A stretch of DNA of 64,000 nt, taken from a virus. This document shows, piece by piece, positions 51,971-60,263 of this stretch. Where the stretch lies: the IMG/VR virus record IMGVR_UViG_3300029258_004419. One strand, 5' to 3'. Below the pieces are notes generated by a model. The model did not search any database. It was not told where the DNA came from and worked only from the letters and a program-made list of their open reading frames with translations. How positions within the stretch are numbered: position 1 is the first letter of the stretch; the number at the start of each line of letters is the position of its first letter. Both the position numbers and the translations under genes were made by a program.

Positions 51971-52398
51971 TTCGCTCTCCTCTTCTTCTTGGCCTCGTTC
52001 TGCTTGCGTCGGTGCTCGACGAAGTGCGCATGACAGCGCTCCGATCCGCGGGAGATGGTCTTCCCACAGACGACGCAGCGAGACGGGGGCAGCGGGGGCT
52101 TCTTCTGCTTGCGACGCTTCACGGCACAGGCCGGGCAGCGCACTCCTTGCTTCGAGACCGAGGTCCTGCATCCAGGTTCGATGCAGCGGAAGTCCTGCAG
52201 TCTCTCACCCTTGTCGGAGTACGTGCCCGCCTGCGGCGTGGTCCCAGAGAAGTCTTCCTCGTAGACCGGGACGGCCTCGCACAGAGCACAGCTAGTCTTC
52301 AGACCCTGGCTCTTCCACTCCCTGCAGCGGGCGAGGGCGATCATGGCCCCCGTCGCCGGGCAGCGGACCTCTCCCCGCTTGCCGTGTACCCTCTTCAT
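51967..52398 (-). CDS. hypothetical multi-Zn-ribbon basic protein
   Basis: 143 aa with several CxxC pairs and a K/R-rich tail. Overlaps the 3' end of the upstream ORF by 107 nt. Confidence 0.6.
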   Translation of the reverse strand: MKRVHGKRGEVRCPATGAMIALARCREWKSQGLKTSCALCEAVPVYEEDFSGTTPQAGTYSDKGERLQDFRCIEPGCRTSVSKQGVRCPACAVKRRKQKKPPLPPSRCVVCGKTISRGSERCHAHFVEHRRKQNEAKKKRRAK

Positions 52399-53386
52399 CT
52401 CTCGTTGCCCTCTCGAACTTCAGCTGGCATGATGCCCGGAATCCGCACTCCTGGCAAGCCGTGTCGTTCGCATCCGGGCCCTTGCCCCAGCACCGCGGGG
52501 CGCCCTGCGGGCGCTCGAGCTCGGCGTGCGGAAGGAAGCTGTGGAGGAAGGCGAGAGGGCTGCCGTGGGTCTCGTAGTCCCACCTCTTGCCCTCGGGGGT
52601 GTCGATCATCACGAGCGGGAACTTGAGCCGGAAGAGCTCGCCGAGCTCGTTCATCAGCCTCAGCGCCTGGGACAGGCGCTCGGGACCTTCCGGCAGGAAC
52701 TCGATGAGGGAGCTCTCGACGGCCGAGACGAAGCCGTGGAGGTCCTTGACGCGGCCGATGATGGTGCTGCGCCACTCGCCGGCGGCCACGGTCTCCTGCG
52801 GGAGGAAGATGAGGGCTGCGATGTCCTTCAGCGTCTGGCTGTCCTTCTCCCGAGCGTGGCTGTCGAGGACCCACTGGGTGAGCTCGTTGGTGCCGACCGG
52901 GCCCTGGTCCTGCTCGTCGAAGATGTGCTCCTTGACGATGCGCAGGAACTGGGCGGCCTGGTCGACCATCGTGAACGTGTCGTTGAGCCGGCGCAGCGCC
53001 GACTCGGCGTCGAAGTCCTCGTGGCCCTCGGCCCGGATGCCGGCCTGGGACAGCAGCCCCTGGACGAAGTTGTTGGAGTCCTTCCAGGTCCGGATCATGT
53101 CGGCGATGTGCTCGAGGCGAGCGGCGGGGTCGAAGTCGAGGTCGGCCAGGAACTGGCGCAGCGGGCCGGCCTCCGTCTCCTGCGCCTCCGAGAGGGCCTC
53201 GAGGCTCTCCTGGACGTGCAGGATCTGGGTGTGCCAGAGGTGGATCTCCTTGAGGATCTCTCCGGCGAGAGCCTCCTCTGGCACGGAGCCGTTGCGGAGG
53301 TTCTCGATGGCGTTCTCGAGGCGCTCCTTCACCAGGCCGACGAGGACTTCGAGCTTCTGGGTCTCGGACAGGGCGGTCATGGTCAT
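52292..53386 (-). CDS. hypothetical protein
   Basis: Trimmed to ATG 53386, after AAAGGAG (ATGA overlap). 364 aa. The last ~35 codons have poor codon usage and overlap the next gene. Confidence 0.6.
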   Translation of the reverse strand: MTMTALSETQKLEVLVGLVKERLENAIENLRNGSVPEEALAGEILKEIHLWHTQILHVQESLEALSEAQETEAGPLRQFLADLDFDPAARLEHIADMIRTWKDSNNFVQGLLSQAGIRAEGHEDFDAESALRRLNDTFTMVDQAAQFLRIVKEHIFDEQDQGPVGTNELTQWVLDSHAREKDSQTLKDIAALIFLPQETVAAGEWRSTIIGRVKDLHGFVSAVESSLIEFLPEGPERLSQALRLMNELGELFRLKFPLVMIDTPEGKRWDYETHGSPLAFLHSFLPHAELERPQGAPRCWGKGPDANDTACQECGFRASCQLKFERATRDEEGTRQAGRGPLPGDGGHDRPRPLQGVEEPGSED

Positions 53387-53799
53387 GCTCCTTTCGGGAC
53401 GAGGGTCTCCCCTTCCTCGGGGAGGACTGCTTGGACCAGCCACCGTGCAGTGATGACCGGCACGTTCAGAAGATGGACCTCGAGGGCCTCGTGGGCTTGC
53501 TCGGGGGTGTCGAATCGGTTGGGCCAGATCGGTTCGTCGTCGAACTCTCCATCCTCGATCTTCACCACCCGCCACTTCTGGGTCAGTGGGCGGATGACGA
53601 GGGCAGGGCGACTCATCTCGTCTTCGTAGAGGCTGCGGGCGAAGAAGAGCTCGTAGAAGCCCTGTTCGGAGTCCACGACGATGCGGTGCTGCGCGATGCC
53701 CGGCTCGTCCTCGATAACGAGGTAGTCGCCCTGGCTCAGCCCCGTGATTCTCTCGAAGAGCTCGAGGAGGTCGTCGCGGGCGTCGACGAGGTTCAGCAT
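53383..53799 (-). CDS. hypothetical protein
   Basis: 138 aa. Normal composition. Confidence 0.65.
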   Translation of the reverse strand: MLNLVDARDDLLELFERITGLSQGDYLVIEDEPGIAQHRIVVDSEQGFYELFFARSLYEDEMSRPALVIRPLTQKWRVVKIEDGEFDDEPIWPNRFDTPEQAHEALEVHLLNVPVITARWLVQAVLPEEGETLVPKGA

Positions 53800-53802
53800 G
53801 GA

Positions 53803-54153
53803 TTACTCCCTCTGCCGCGAGTCGATCCACGAGAGGTTGAGCTGCCCGGTGCGGGACAGCTTCATCTGCCCGCGGCGCCGGATGGAGGCCACCCGTGAGC
53901 GGATGTCGCTGTTGAGCCGCGGGTAGCAGTGGCGAGCGTACTCGGACATCGCCAGCAGGGCGGCCTGGTCGCCGCGGGGGTTGAGGACGAAGTACCGCTC
54001 GGAGACGTCGAGAACCTCGGGCTCGAACGTGACACGCACGAGGCCGGTACTCGGGTCGGTGGACTGCTTGACAATCCGCGAGCGGGGGATGACGAGGAAC
54101 TTGTCGAACAGTCCGTCGCCGTCTCCAGTGATCAGTGGCTCCTTGTCAGCCAT
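53803..54153 (-). CDS. hypothetical protein
   Basis: 116 aa. Normal composition. Confidence 0.65.
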   Translation of the reverse strand: MADKEPLITGDGDGLFDKFLVIPRSRIVKQSTDPSTGLVRVTFEPEVLDVSERYFVLNPRGDQAALLAMSEYARHCYPRLNSDIRSRVASIRRRGQMKLSRTGQLNLSWIDSRQRE

Positions 54154-54156
54154 GGT

Positions 54157-54450
54157 TCACCCCTGCTTGGCGGATTGAACCGCCGATTTAATGGCCTTGG
54201 TGATGGCCTTTGTTACGTCCTCGGACTCTGCCCTCACCTCCTCCTTGTTCTTCTCGAGGAACTCGAGCGCGCTGTCGATCTCCCTGTACTGCTCGCGAAT
54301 GAACTCCTCGAGGTCCTCGGTGTCGACGTTGCTGTTCTGGGTGAGTGCAGTTTCCAGTGCTTCGAGCTTGCGGCTCACCTCCTGGATGGCCCCGATTGCA
54401 TCCTTGATGCTGTCGAAGCGCGTGGTCGGATCAGTTACGGACGAGGCCAT
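54157..54450 (-). CDS. hypothetical coiled-coil protein
   Basis: ATG 54450 lies 7 nt after AGGAGG. First gene behind promoter-like box 54493-54516. Confidence 0.65.
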   Translation of the reverse strand: MASSVTDPTTRFDSIKDAIGAIQEVSRKLEALETALTQNSNVDTEDLEEFIREQYREIDSALEFLEKNKEEVRAESEDVTKAITKAIKSAVQSAKQG

Positions 54451-54492
54451 AGCCACCCTCCTGTTTAGAGAAAACGACAGGTAACGGGGTTA

Positions 54493-54516
54493 CCGAATCA
54501 ACAGACTTATAGCGGG
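54493..54516 (-). promoter_or_regulatory. promoter-like box (minus strand CCCGCTATAAGTCTGTTGATTCGG)
   Basis: Intergenic. Followed on the transcript by the perfect hairpin GGTAAC-CCC-GTTACC (54480-54494). Confidence 0.45.
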
Positions 54517-54538
54517 AAAGGAAGCGAGTTCGCAGGAG

Positions 54539-54745
54539 CTAGACGTGCACTCTCCCTGCGGCCTTGTAGGCGAGGAGCTGCGCGACCCGGTACTTGGCGC
54601 CCTGGAGCATCCTCCCGAGAGGGCTGTTCTTCAGCCCGGCCAGGTACCGCTGAAGCGGTGGCAGCGCACCGATGACGGCCTCGAGGGCGATCACACGGGC
54701 CTTGGCCGTCGCCAGATCCATTCCTCCATCCTGCAGTGACGCCAA
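54539..54745 (-). CDS. hypothetical protein
   Basis: TTG 54745 lies 5-6 nt after AAGGGAGG. 68 aa. Confidence 0.5.
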   Translation of the reverse strand: MASLQDGGMDLATAKARVIALEAVIGALPPLQRYLAGLKNSPLGRMLQGAKYRVAQLLAYKAAGRVHV

Positions 54746-54758
54746 GACGTCCTCCCTT

Positions 54759-55268
54759 CTACCCCAGACTCCAGATCACGTTGGAGGGGTGCATCGGGTA
54801 CATGTAGCGGATGCGAGCGACGCGGGCCTTGGCCGCGGCCACCGCCTCCGGTGTGGTCGGCTGCACGATCGGGATGCTCTCCGAGCTGCCGGACACGGTG
54901 CGGTTCTGTCCGCTCAGCTCACCGTACCTGCGGAGTGCCTCCTGCTGATGGTTCCCGGTCCGTGGGAACCGACCGTCGTCGGCCAGTGCTCGAGGTCGGG
55001 GCTTCAGCCAGATTCCCCGGCCCTCCCGGACCCAGAAGCTGCTGCGACGATCGCGGACGCCGGCGGCCGAGTGAACCACCAGCTTCCGGGCGTCGTAGAT
55101 GGTCCTGCAGTTGGGGCACTTCCACCTGACGTCGCCCAGGCGCTTCTCGCTGATGGGCGCCGGCACGAACTGGGTGTTGCTGCAGACGGCGCAGATGTCC
55201 GGAGGCGAGTCGGATCGGAGCTGGTCCTCAGCCAAGAGCGTCCCCCAGTCCAGCGGACCCCGGCCCAT
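54759..55268 (-). CDS. hypothetical Zn-ribbon protein
   Basis: 169 aa. Contains CAVC...CPNC. Confidence 0.6.
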   Translation of the reverse strand: MGRGPLDWGTLLAEDQLRSDSPPDICAVCSNTQFVPAPISEKRLGDVRWKCPNCRTIYDARKLVVHSAAGVRDRRSSFWVREGRGIWLKPRPRALADDGRFPRTGNHQQEALRRYGELSGQNRTVSGSSESIPIVQPTTPEAVAAAKARVARIRYMYPMHPSNVIWSLG

Positions 55269-55448
55269 GCCTTGCTAGGGTTGCCCTCGAGCTCCCGGTA
55301 CCCAGACACCCCTCGTGGTCCGCCGGCGGGGGAAGCGGAGTCGCCTCACCTGTGGCCGTTCGTGGGTCTGCTGGCTTCATCCGGGTAGCCCTCCTGAGGG
55401 GTTCCCATCCTCGAGAGGGCTCCATTGTCGCGCGCCTGGACGGCGCTG

Positions 55449-56417
55449 TCAATCCTCGTCAGGTCCCATCCCGGGCCGGAGGAGTCCGAAGTCGGGCGCC
55501 GGCGCCGCGTCCTCGGGTGGGCCGCCGAACTCGTTGTCCTGCGAGATGTTGGTGGGGAGCTGCACGGTCTGGACGTCACCGTTGCCGTAGGCCGGCTGCA
55601 GCTCGGGCGCCGGCGGAGCCGGCCGGGGCTGCGGGGGGCTGCCTAGGCCGCCCTGGCTGGACAGGAAGCCCACCAGATCGCCTGGTGGGTCCTGGGGGAC
55701 CTGCTCGACCGTCGTGGGTGTCCCGTAGGACCCCACGCTGGGGGTGGTCGGCGAGGCCCTCGAGGCCACCTCCTGGACGTGCTGCTCTCGCTCGAGCTGG
55801 CCCTGGACCGCCTGGTGCACCGTCTGGCCGTAGCCAGGGACGGCCGGCGGGATGGGCATTCCGGGGGGCGCAGGGGCCTCCTGGACCGGCACTCCGGCCG
55901 GGATCGGCGCCGAGTGGCCTGGAACGGCCGGCGACGGGCCCGGAATGGGGGTCTGGGGCGCCGGAGGAGCCGCAGGAGCGACGTACTGGGGCTGGGACAC
56001 TCCGTTGCCCCCGCCGGACAGCCGGAGGTCCCTACGCTCGAGGTAGGAGCCGATCTGGGTGTCGTCCCAGCCGGCGTCGGACAGGTATCCGATGGCCTGC
56101 TCCTCGGGCATCAGGTCCAGCCGGCTCTCGATGTCGCCCGTCTGCTGCTGCAGGGCGTGCTCCACCCGGGCGGCCCGCTGCTCCGTCAGCTGGTCGTTGA
56201 GGTTCCAGTCGACGCCGATGGCCTCGTTCTGGACCACCCGGACGACCCCGTCGCTGTCCAGGTGCAGGGCGAGGAACCGGTGACGGAACAGCGCCACGGC
56301 TGCGATCGAGCCGAGGACGTTGATCCCCTCCGGTGTCGCCATATTGTGGATGGTGAGTGGCTCCCGCTCCTCTTCCCCAGGAGCCTGGTGCCTGCGGTAC
56401 AAGCCGACCTTCTTCAT
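55449..56417 (-). CDS. hypothetical protein with long Pro-rich C-terminal half
   Basis: ATG 56417 follows GGAGGTAGG. 322 aa. First gene behind the palindromic operator. Confidence 0.65.
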   Translation of the reverse strand: MKKVGLYRRHQAPGEEEREPLTIHNMATPEGINVLGSIAAVALFRHRFLALHLDSDGVVRVVQNEAIGVDWNLNDQLTEQRAARVEHALQQQTGDIESRLDLMPEEQAIGYLSDAGWDDTQIGSYLERRDLRLSGGGNGVSQPQYVAPAAPPAPQTPIPGPSPAVPGHSAPIPAGVPVQEAPAPPGMPIPPAVPGYGQTVHQAVQGQLEREQHVQEVASRASPTTPSVGSYGTPTTVEQVPQDPPGDLVGFLSSQGGLGSPPQPRPAPPAPELQPAYGNGDVQTVQLPTNISQDNEFGGPPEDAAPAPDFGLLRPGMGPDED

Positions 56418-56433
56418 GTGCCTACCTCCAGGA

Positions 56434-56462
56434 ACATGCTATAGCATGTCCCCACATGCTAT
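56434..56462. promoter_or_regulatory. operator: 16-bp perfect palindrome ACATGCTATAGCATGT plus extra half-site ACATGCTAT
   Basis: The palindrome is at 56434-56449 and the half-site at 56454-56462. It overlaps a GCTATAG element that resembles the promoter box. It lies between divergent genes. Confidence 0.55.
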
Positions 56463-56489
56463 TGCAAGCTGACAATTTGCTGTCAAGCC

Positions 56490-56518
56490 TTGACTTTGTT
56501 GGGCTGCTGGAGCAGAAT
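56490..56518 (+). promoter_or_regulatory. sigma70-like promoter TTGACT-17 nt-CAGAAT
   Basis: The -10 ends 7 nt before ATG 56526, so the transcript is probably leaderless. Direct repeats GCTGACAA/GCTGTCAA lie just upstream. Confidence 0.4.
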
Positions 56519-56525
56519 CCCACTC

Positions 56526-56744
56526 ATGGCGACCGACGACCCCTACAGGATGAGCTTGAGGTTCGACGAGGAGATCCGCACGTTCCTCCGAGGGCTGAAG
56601 GGCGACTACGCCCGCCGGGGCATCAAGGTGTCACTCAATGCCATCGTCTGCGGCATCATCCGCCGAGCCCGCCACGAGATCAACGCCGACCGATCTCGGC
56701 TCGACATCGTCGACGCCATCCTCAAACGAGCAGCTGGTGAGTAG
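56526..56744 (+). CDS. ribbon-helix-helix (CopG/Arc-like) transcriptional regulator
   Basis: Track ORF 56490..56744 trimmed to ATG 56526. RMSLRFDEEIRTFLRGL fits a beta-strand plus helix A. It is the only plus-strand gene inside the minus block. Confidence 0.65.
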   Translation: MATDDPYRMSLRFDEEIRTFLRGLKGDYARRGIKVSLNAIVCGIIRRARHEINADRSRLDIVDAILKRAAGE

Positions 56745-56752
56745 GAGGGCAA

Positions 56753-56781
56753 CCCCCCGCCCAACCGCGAAGGACGGGGGG
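56753..56781. terminator. bidirectional terminator candidate (CCCCCCG...CGGGGGG hairpin)
   Basis: 7-bp GC stem between convergent genes. The GGGGTGCACCCC palindrome at 56834-56845 lies nearby. Confidence 0.4.
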
Positions 56782-56822
56782 AGCCCAACCCAGGGGAGCT
56801 ATTGGAGGTAGGACCCCCGGGG

Positions 56823-56909
56823 CTACTTCCGTAGGGGTGCACCCCTTGTGGCCTCGAGAAGCTGCGAGACTCCCTCCACGATGCCTCGTCGCTTGATGTA
56901 GAGATCCAT
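56823..56909 (-). CDS. hypothetical small protein (28 aa)
   Basis: Not in the track. ATG 56909 lies 9 nt after GGGGAGG, at the operon end. Very short, so weakly supported. Confidence 0.3.
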   Translation of the reverse strand: MDLYIKRRGIVEGVSQLLEATRGAPLRK

Positions 56910-56928
56910 ACCTGCCGACCTCCCCTCG

Positions 56929-57639
56929 CTACCGTGACGCGGCCGCGGAGATCTCCGCGAGCTCGTCGAAGAACGAAGGCGGAATCGATCCCTCCTTCTC
57001 GAGCGTCGCCACCGGCTTCAGCTTCTTGCTCAGCGCGAAGTCGATGGGCAGGATGTGGCGCCTGGACTTCCCAGGGACGAGCTCCTCGTCGGAGTAGGCG
57101 AACGCAGGCACCGCGGTGCAGATGAGCTTGCCGGGGGCCTTCTCCTCGTCCTTGCGCTTCGCCGGTAGCACTCCGGCCCGGATGGCGTCCATGGTCGCGT
57201 AGGCCAGACCTCGGTACTCCTCCGAGCGCTTCACGGCCTGCTGTCGCTCCTTGGCTGGGAGCTTGGGGCGGAAGGCCATGAATTCAGCGTTGCGCTTCTC
57301 GCGCAGGAAGTCCATGTCCTGGTCGCGCACCTGGTAGCCACTCTCCCCCACGGCCTTGCTCATCCCCTTGTAGGGGGTGTAGCTGTGCCTGATCTTCCCA
57401 TCCCCGATGTAAAGCCCGGCGTGGGTCCAGTCGGACAGAGGGCTGTTCTTGTTGCGGATGCGCTGGAAGATGTTGACGATGTCGCTCTTGATGGCTGGCT
57501 CGACCCGCTTGGCGAGAACGATGTCGCCGGGCCGCAGCTTCTTCTTGAAGTCCTTGAAGCTGGTGGTAGGGGGAGCCACCACAGATCCGGGGGCGCCAGC
57601 GATCTTGGCGAGCTCGTCCTGGAACGAAGAGGGGATCAC
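56929..57639 (-). CDS. permuted NlpC/P60 (YiiX/C92-like) cysteine peptidase, probable cell-wall hydrolase
   Basis: GDIVLAKR...SDWTHAGLYIGDGKIRH precedes the Cys in GKLICTAVPAFAY, giving the permuted His-before-Cys order. F-x-DEL-x-KIA motifs sit at both termini. Confidence 0.7.
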   Translation of the reverse strand: MIPSSFQDELAKIAGAPGSVVAPPTTSFKDFKKKLRPGDIVLAKRVEPAIKSDIVNIFQRIRNKNSPLSDWTHAGLYIGDGKIRHSYTPYKGMSKAVGESGYQVRDQDMDFLREKRNAEFMAFRPKLPAKERQQAVKRSEEYRGLAYATMDAIRAGVLPAKRKDEEKAPGKLICTAVPAFAYSDEELVPGKSRRHILPIDFALSKKLKPVATLEKEGSIPPSFFDELAEISAAASR

Positions 57640-58040
57640 AGACCCACCCTCTCCGCTCGACGAGCTGACCTCCCTCCCACCCGGATCATGTCGAGGACGT
57701 CTCGGCCGACACCTTTGGCGGACTCGACCGCGCCGCGGACCTTGCCCGCAGCTTCCTGGACGCGAGAGGACACTGGCGCCTTGGCTGCAGCTCGAGCGTG
57801 TTCGACGCCCTTCTTGAAGCCCTCGGCGAGGCCCTCGGACCTACCACCGTGGAAGCCGATCTTCCGACCTCTCTGACCGCCCAGGTAGTAGGATCCTCCG
57901 AGGAGGGTACCGGCTGCCGCCCCTGCACCCAGGCCGGTTGCTACCGGATGCCTCCCAGCCCACGACTTCCGCTCTTCCTCCGCGGCGATCTTCGAGAGCT
58001 CGTCGAGGAATGCAGCGGCACGGGCCTGGTCGGCGTGCAT
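57636..58040 (-). CDS. Gly-zipper membrane protein (holin-like or virion membrane-active candidate)
   Basis: N-terminal FLDELSKIAAEEE motif, then GLGAGAAAGTLLGGSYYLGG. ATGA overlap with the next gene. Confidence 0.6.
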   Translation of the reverse strand: MHADQARAAAFLDELSKIAAEEERKSWAGRHPVATGLGAGAAAGTLLGGSYYLGGQRGRKIGFHGGRSEGLAEGFKKGVEHARAAAKAPVSSRVQEAAGKVRGAVESAKGVGRDVLDMIRVGGRSARRAERVGL

Positions 58041-58055
58041 GACGACTCCGGGGGT

Positions 58056-58093
58056 GAGGGGCGGCCCCCAAGACAGAGACAGGGCCGCCCCTC
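58056..58093 (-). terminator. 12-bp perfect inverted repeat hairpin (attenuator/terminator candidate)
   Basis: GAGGGGCGGCCC (58056-67) pairs with GGGCCGCCCCTC (58082-93). It lies between CDS 58111..58719 and ATG 58040. No U-tract. Confidence 0.4.
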
Positions 58094-58110
58094 GAGCAGA
58101 GAGCCCAGGA

Positions 58111-58719
58111 TCAGATCAGGCCCAGATCGGCGAGCACGCCCTCGGCGATCATCTGGACGTTGAAGCCCGCGGCGGCGGCCTTCTCGGCCTCCTTCTCGCC
58201 CTTCTTCTTCTTGAGCTGGGCGAGCAGCATGGACTTCTTGTCACCGCCGTTGCCGTTCTCCTCGTCGTCGCCCTTGCCGTTGCCGCCGTTGCCGTTCTCG
58301 TCCTCCATGCCGAGCTTCTGGAGGATGCTGGACTCGATCTGCTGGGCCAGCTTGGAGATGTCCAGCGGCTGCGCGGCGGGCTGCTGCAGCGCGCCCTGGA
58401 GCACGGAGGCCACCTTGGAGGTGTCCACGGCCGGGGCCGGCGCGGCGGGAGCCTGCGGCGCCTGGGTCTGCAGCGAGTCCACGAAGGCCTCGGTGATGGC
58501 CTCGACGTCGAGGCCGGCGGCCGCGGCCTTCTCGGCCTCGGCGACGCACTTGCGGCGCGCGAGCGCCTCGGACAGGTTCACGCCGGCGGTCTTGCTGAGA
58601 TCGGGCGAGCCGATCCCCGAGCCACCCGCCAGGCGCTTGAGGACGGCGGCCTTCTGCATGTGCCCCGCGGCTGCCGCCTCCTCCGCAGCGATCTTCTCGA
58701 GCAGGTTCTTGCGATCCAT
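58111..58719 (-). CDS. Ala/Glu/Lys-rich low-complexity protein (scaffold-like)
   Basis: 202 aa. The N-terminus is LLEKIAAEEAAAAG. A/E/K/Q-rich with a GNG repeat. Function inferred from composition only. Confidence 0.6.
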   Translation of the reverse strand: MDRKNLLEKIAAEEAAAAGHMQKAAVLKRLAGGSGIGSPDLSKTAGVNLSEALARRKCVAEAEKAAAAGLDVEAITEAFVDSLQTQAPQAPAAPAPAVDTSKVASVLQGALQQPAAQPLDISKLAQQIESSILQKLGMEDENGNGGNGKGDDEENGNGGDKKSMLLAQLKKKKGEKEAEKAAAAGFNVQMIAEGVLADLGLI

Positions 58720-58770
58720 CGTCTTCTCCTTCCCTGCTTCCTGTTCAACCCCTCGATGAGGCGACAGCCC

Positions 58771-59541
58771 CTATGAGGGAACCAGTCCTTGTTCAGCACG
58801 ACTCATCTCCGAGGTGTGCTCCACCTCGGTGAGTCGGTCGAGCTCCTTCATCACACCGCGCAGGCTGCCGATGGTCCCACCGACGCCCATGCCGGCCGCC
58901 ACGCCGCCGGCGACGCGCTTGAGGATTCCTGCGGCCGGCGAGTCCCCGCCTTGACCCTCCCCACTGATCCACGGGTAGGCGGCGCCGAGCAGAGCACCAG
59001 GTCCGATCCCGTACAGGGCTCCCCTGAGCCCGCCTCGTGCGACCGCGCGGGGGAATGTCGCTTCCTTCGTCAGCAGGGAGGTGACCCGGGCGAGACGCTG
59101 GTCGAACGCCTTCTTCGTTGACCATGACGCCGAGGACTTGCCTTCTTTCAATGCCTTCTCCATCGCATCCAACGCTGTGTAGTATCGCGGATGTTCGACC
59201 AGATGGTCAAGGGCAATCTTCCTGGCGATCTGGGGGACGTCGGTGTGCTCCTTCTCCACCTCGATCCCCTTGGCGACCTCCCCCTGGTCCAGCCCCTTGG
59301 GATCATTCCCCTTGGACTTGCCGCCCGACAGCACGTTGCCGAGAAGCGCATAGGCCACTTCCTCGGTCTCCTCCGGCTCGATGCCCTGCTGTTCCGACCA
59401 GCCGTGGAGCTCCTTGTCCTCCGGCGAGGGCTTCTTCTTCAGGAACTTTAGGACCTCGGCCGGAGGTGGGTAGACCTCGGCGTGCCCCTCGCTCCCGCCG
59501 GCCAGCTTCAGGATGCTGGCCACCCGCAGGAGGTCAGCCAT
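58771..59541 (-). CDS. hypothetical protein with C-terminal Gly-zipper segments
   Basis: Track ORF 58771..60093 trimmed to ATG 59541 (TGATG overlap). It has a conserved-looking EKEHTD..IARKIALDHLVEHPRYYTALD block. The C-terminus is G/A-rich and membrane-like. Confidence 0.65.
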   Translation of the reverse strand: MADLLRVASILKLAGGSEGHAEVYPPPAEVLKFLKKKPSPEDKELHGWSEQQGIEPEETEEVAYALLGNVLSGGKSKGNDPKGLDQGEVAKGIEVEKEHTDVPQIARKIALDHLVEHPRYYTALDAMEKALKEGKSSASWSTKKAFDQRLARVTSLLTKEATFPRAVARGGLRGALYGIGPGALLGAAYPWISGEGQGGDSPAAGILKRVAGGVAAGMGVGGTIGSLRGVMKELDRLTEVEHTSEMSRAEQGLVPS

Positions 59542-60263
59542 CAGCCGCCGATCCCCAGCGCGTCGAGGCTTGCACTGTTGATGAGGCCGATGGCCTGCAC
59601 CGCGACCGGCACGCCGCGCTCGAACTGCAGCGCCGCGTTCTCGCTGATGACCGTGCCCTGGGCGTCGGTGGCGATGGTGTGGTTCGGGACGTAGCTGCCC
59701 TCGAGGTAGATCGCACCGACGGTGCTCTCGTTCGAGTCCTTGAGGTACATCAGCATCCCGATGGGCTGGTTGAAGAGATCCGACGCCAGGTTCAGGAAGA
59801 TGTTCTGGTAGCCCGGCGGGATGATCACGTTGTGCGGGTTGGGCGTGACCACCGAGCCGAGGGACTGGAACATCGGCTGGACGAAGGTCGGCGGGAGCTG
59901 GTCGTTGTAGTACGCGTAGAGCACGCGCAGCAGCGACGGACCGTGGTACAGGATGCGCGAGAGCGCCAGCTGCCCCATCGTCCGACCGCTGATGAAGTAC
60001 GACCGCTCCGAGCCGAGCTCGAAGATGCGGTTGAACTGCCGGGTGTGGGACAGGTTGACGTTCTGCACGATGCCCACGGGCCACGCGATGCAAGGACCGC
60101 CACTCCCGATCAGCGCAGCTCCGGCGGTCGCACCGCCGATGTTGGCCAGGCGCGGGGGGCCCGCGGCCAGCAGCGTGAACGCCGCGTTCAGGAACTGCCC
60201 GTCAGCCAGACCTTCCTGGACGTAGCTGGTGTACGGGGACCACCTCTGGATGCAATCACCCAT
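59541..60263 (-). CDS. hypothetical virion-associated protein
   Basis: 240 aa with normal composition, in the structural neighbourhood. No motif recognised. Confidence 0.65.
   Translation of the reverse strand: MGDCIQRWSPYTSYVQEGLADGQFLNAAFTLLAAGPPRLANIGGATAGAALIGSGGPCIAWPVGIVQNVNLSHTRQFNRIFELGSERSYFISGRTMGQLALSRILYHGPSLLRVLYAYYNDQLPPTFVQPMFQSLGSVVTPNPHNVIIPPGYQNIFLNLASDLFNQPIGMLMYLKDSNESTVGAIYLEGSYVPNHTIATDAQGTVISENAALQFERGVPVAVQAIGLINSASLDALGIGG

Noticed and set aside
52292-52398. 107-nt overlap between CDS 52292..53386 and CDS 51967..52398, as a possible programmed frameshift or sequencing frameshift fusing two Cys-rich proteins
   Set aside because: I saw no slippery heptamer or downstream structure. 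The downstream gene has its own plausible RBS and ATG. The simplest reading is a poorly used C-terminal tail. Ribo-seq or re-sequencing would be needed to settle it.
55228-55452. 74-aa ORF (or its 50-aa ATG 55379 version with a GGAGGG RBS) in the gap between CDS 55449..56417 and CDS 54759..55268
   Set aside because: It has mixed codon usage and a P/G/A/R-rich product, and it overlaps the start of the next gene by 41 nt. I left the 180-nt region unannotated.
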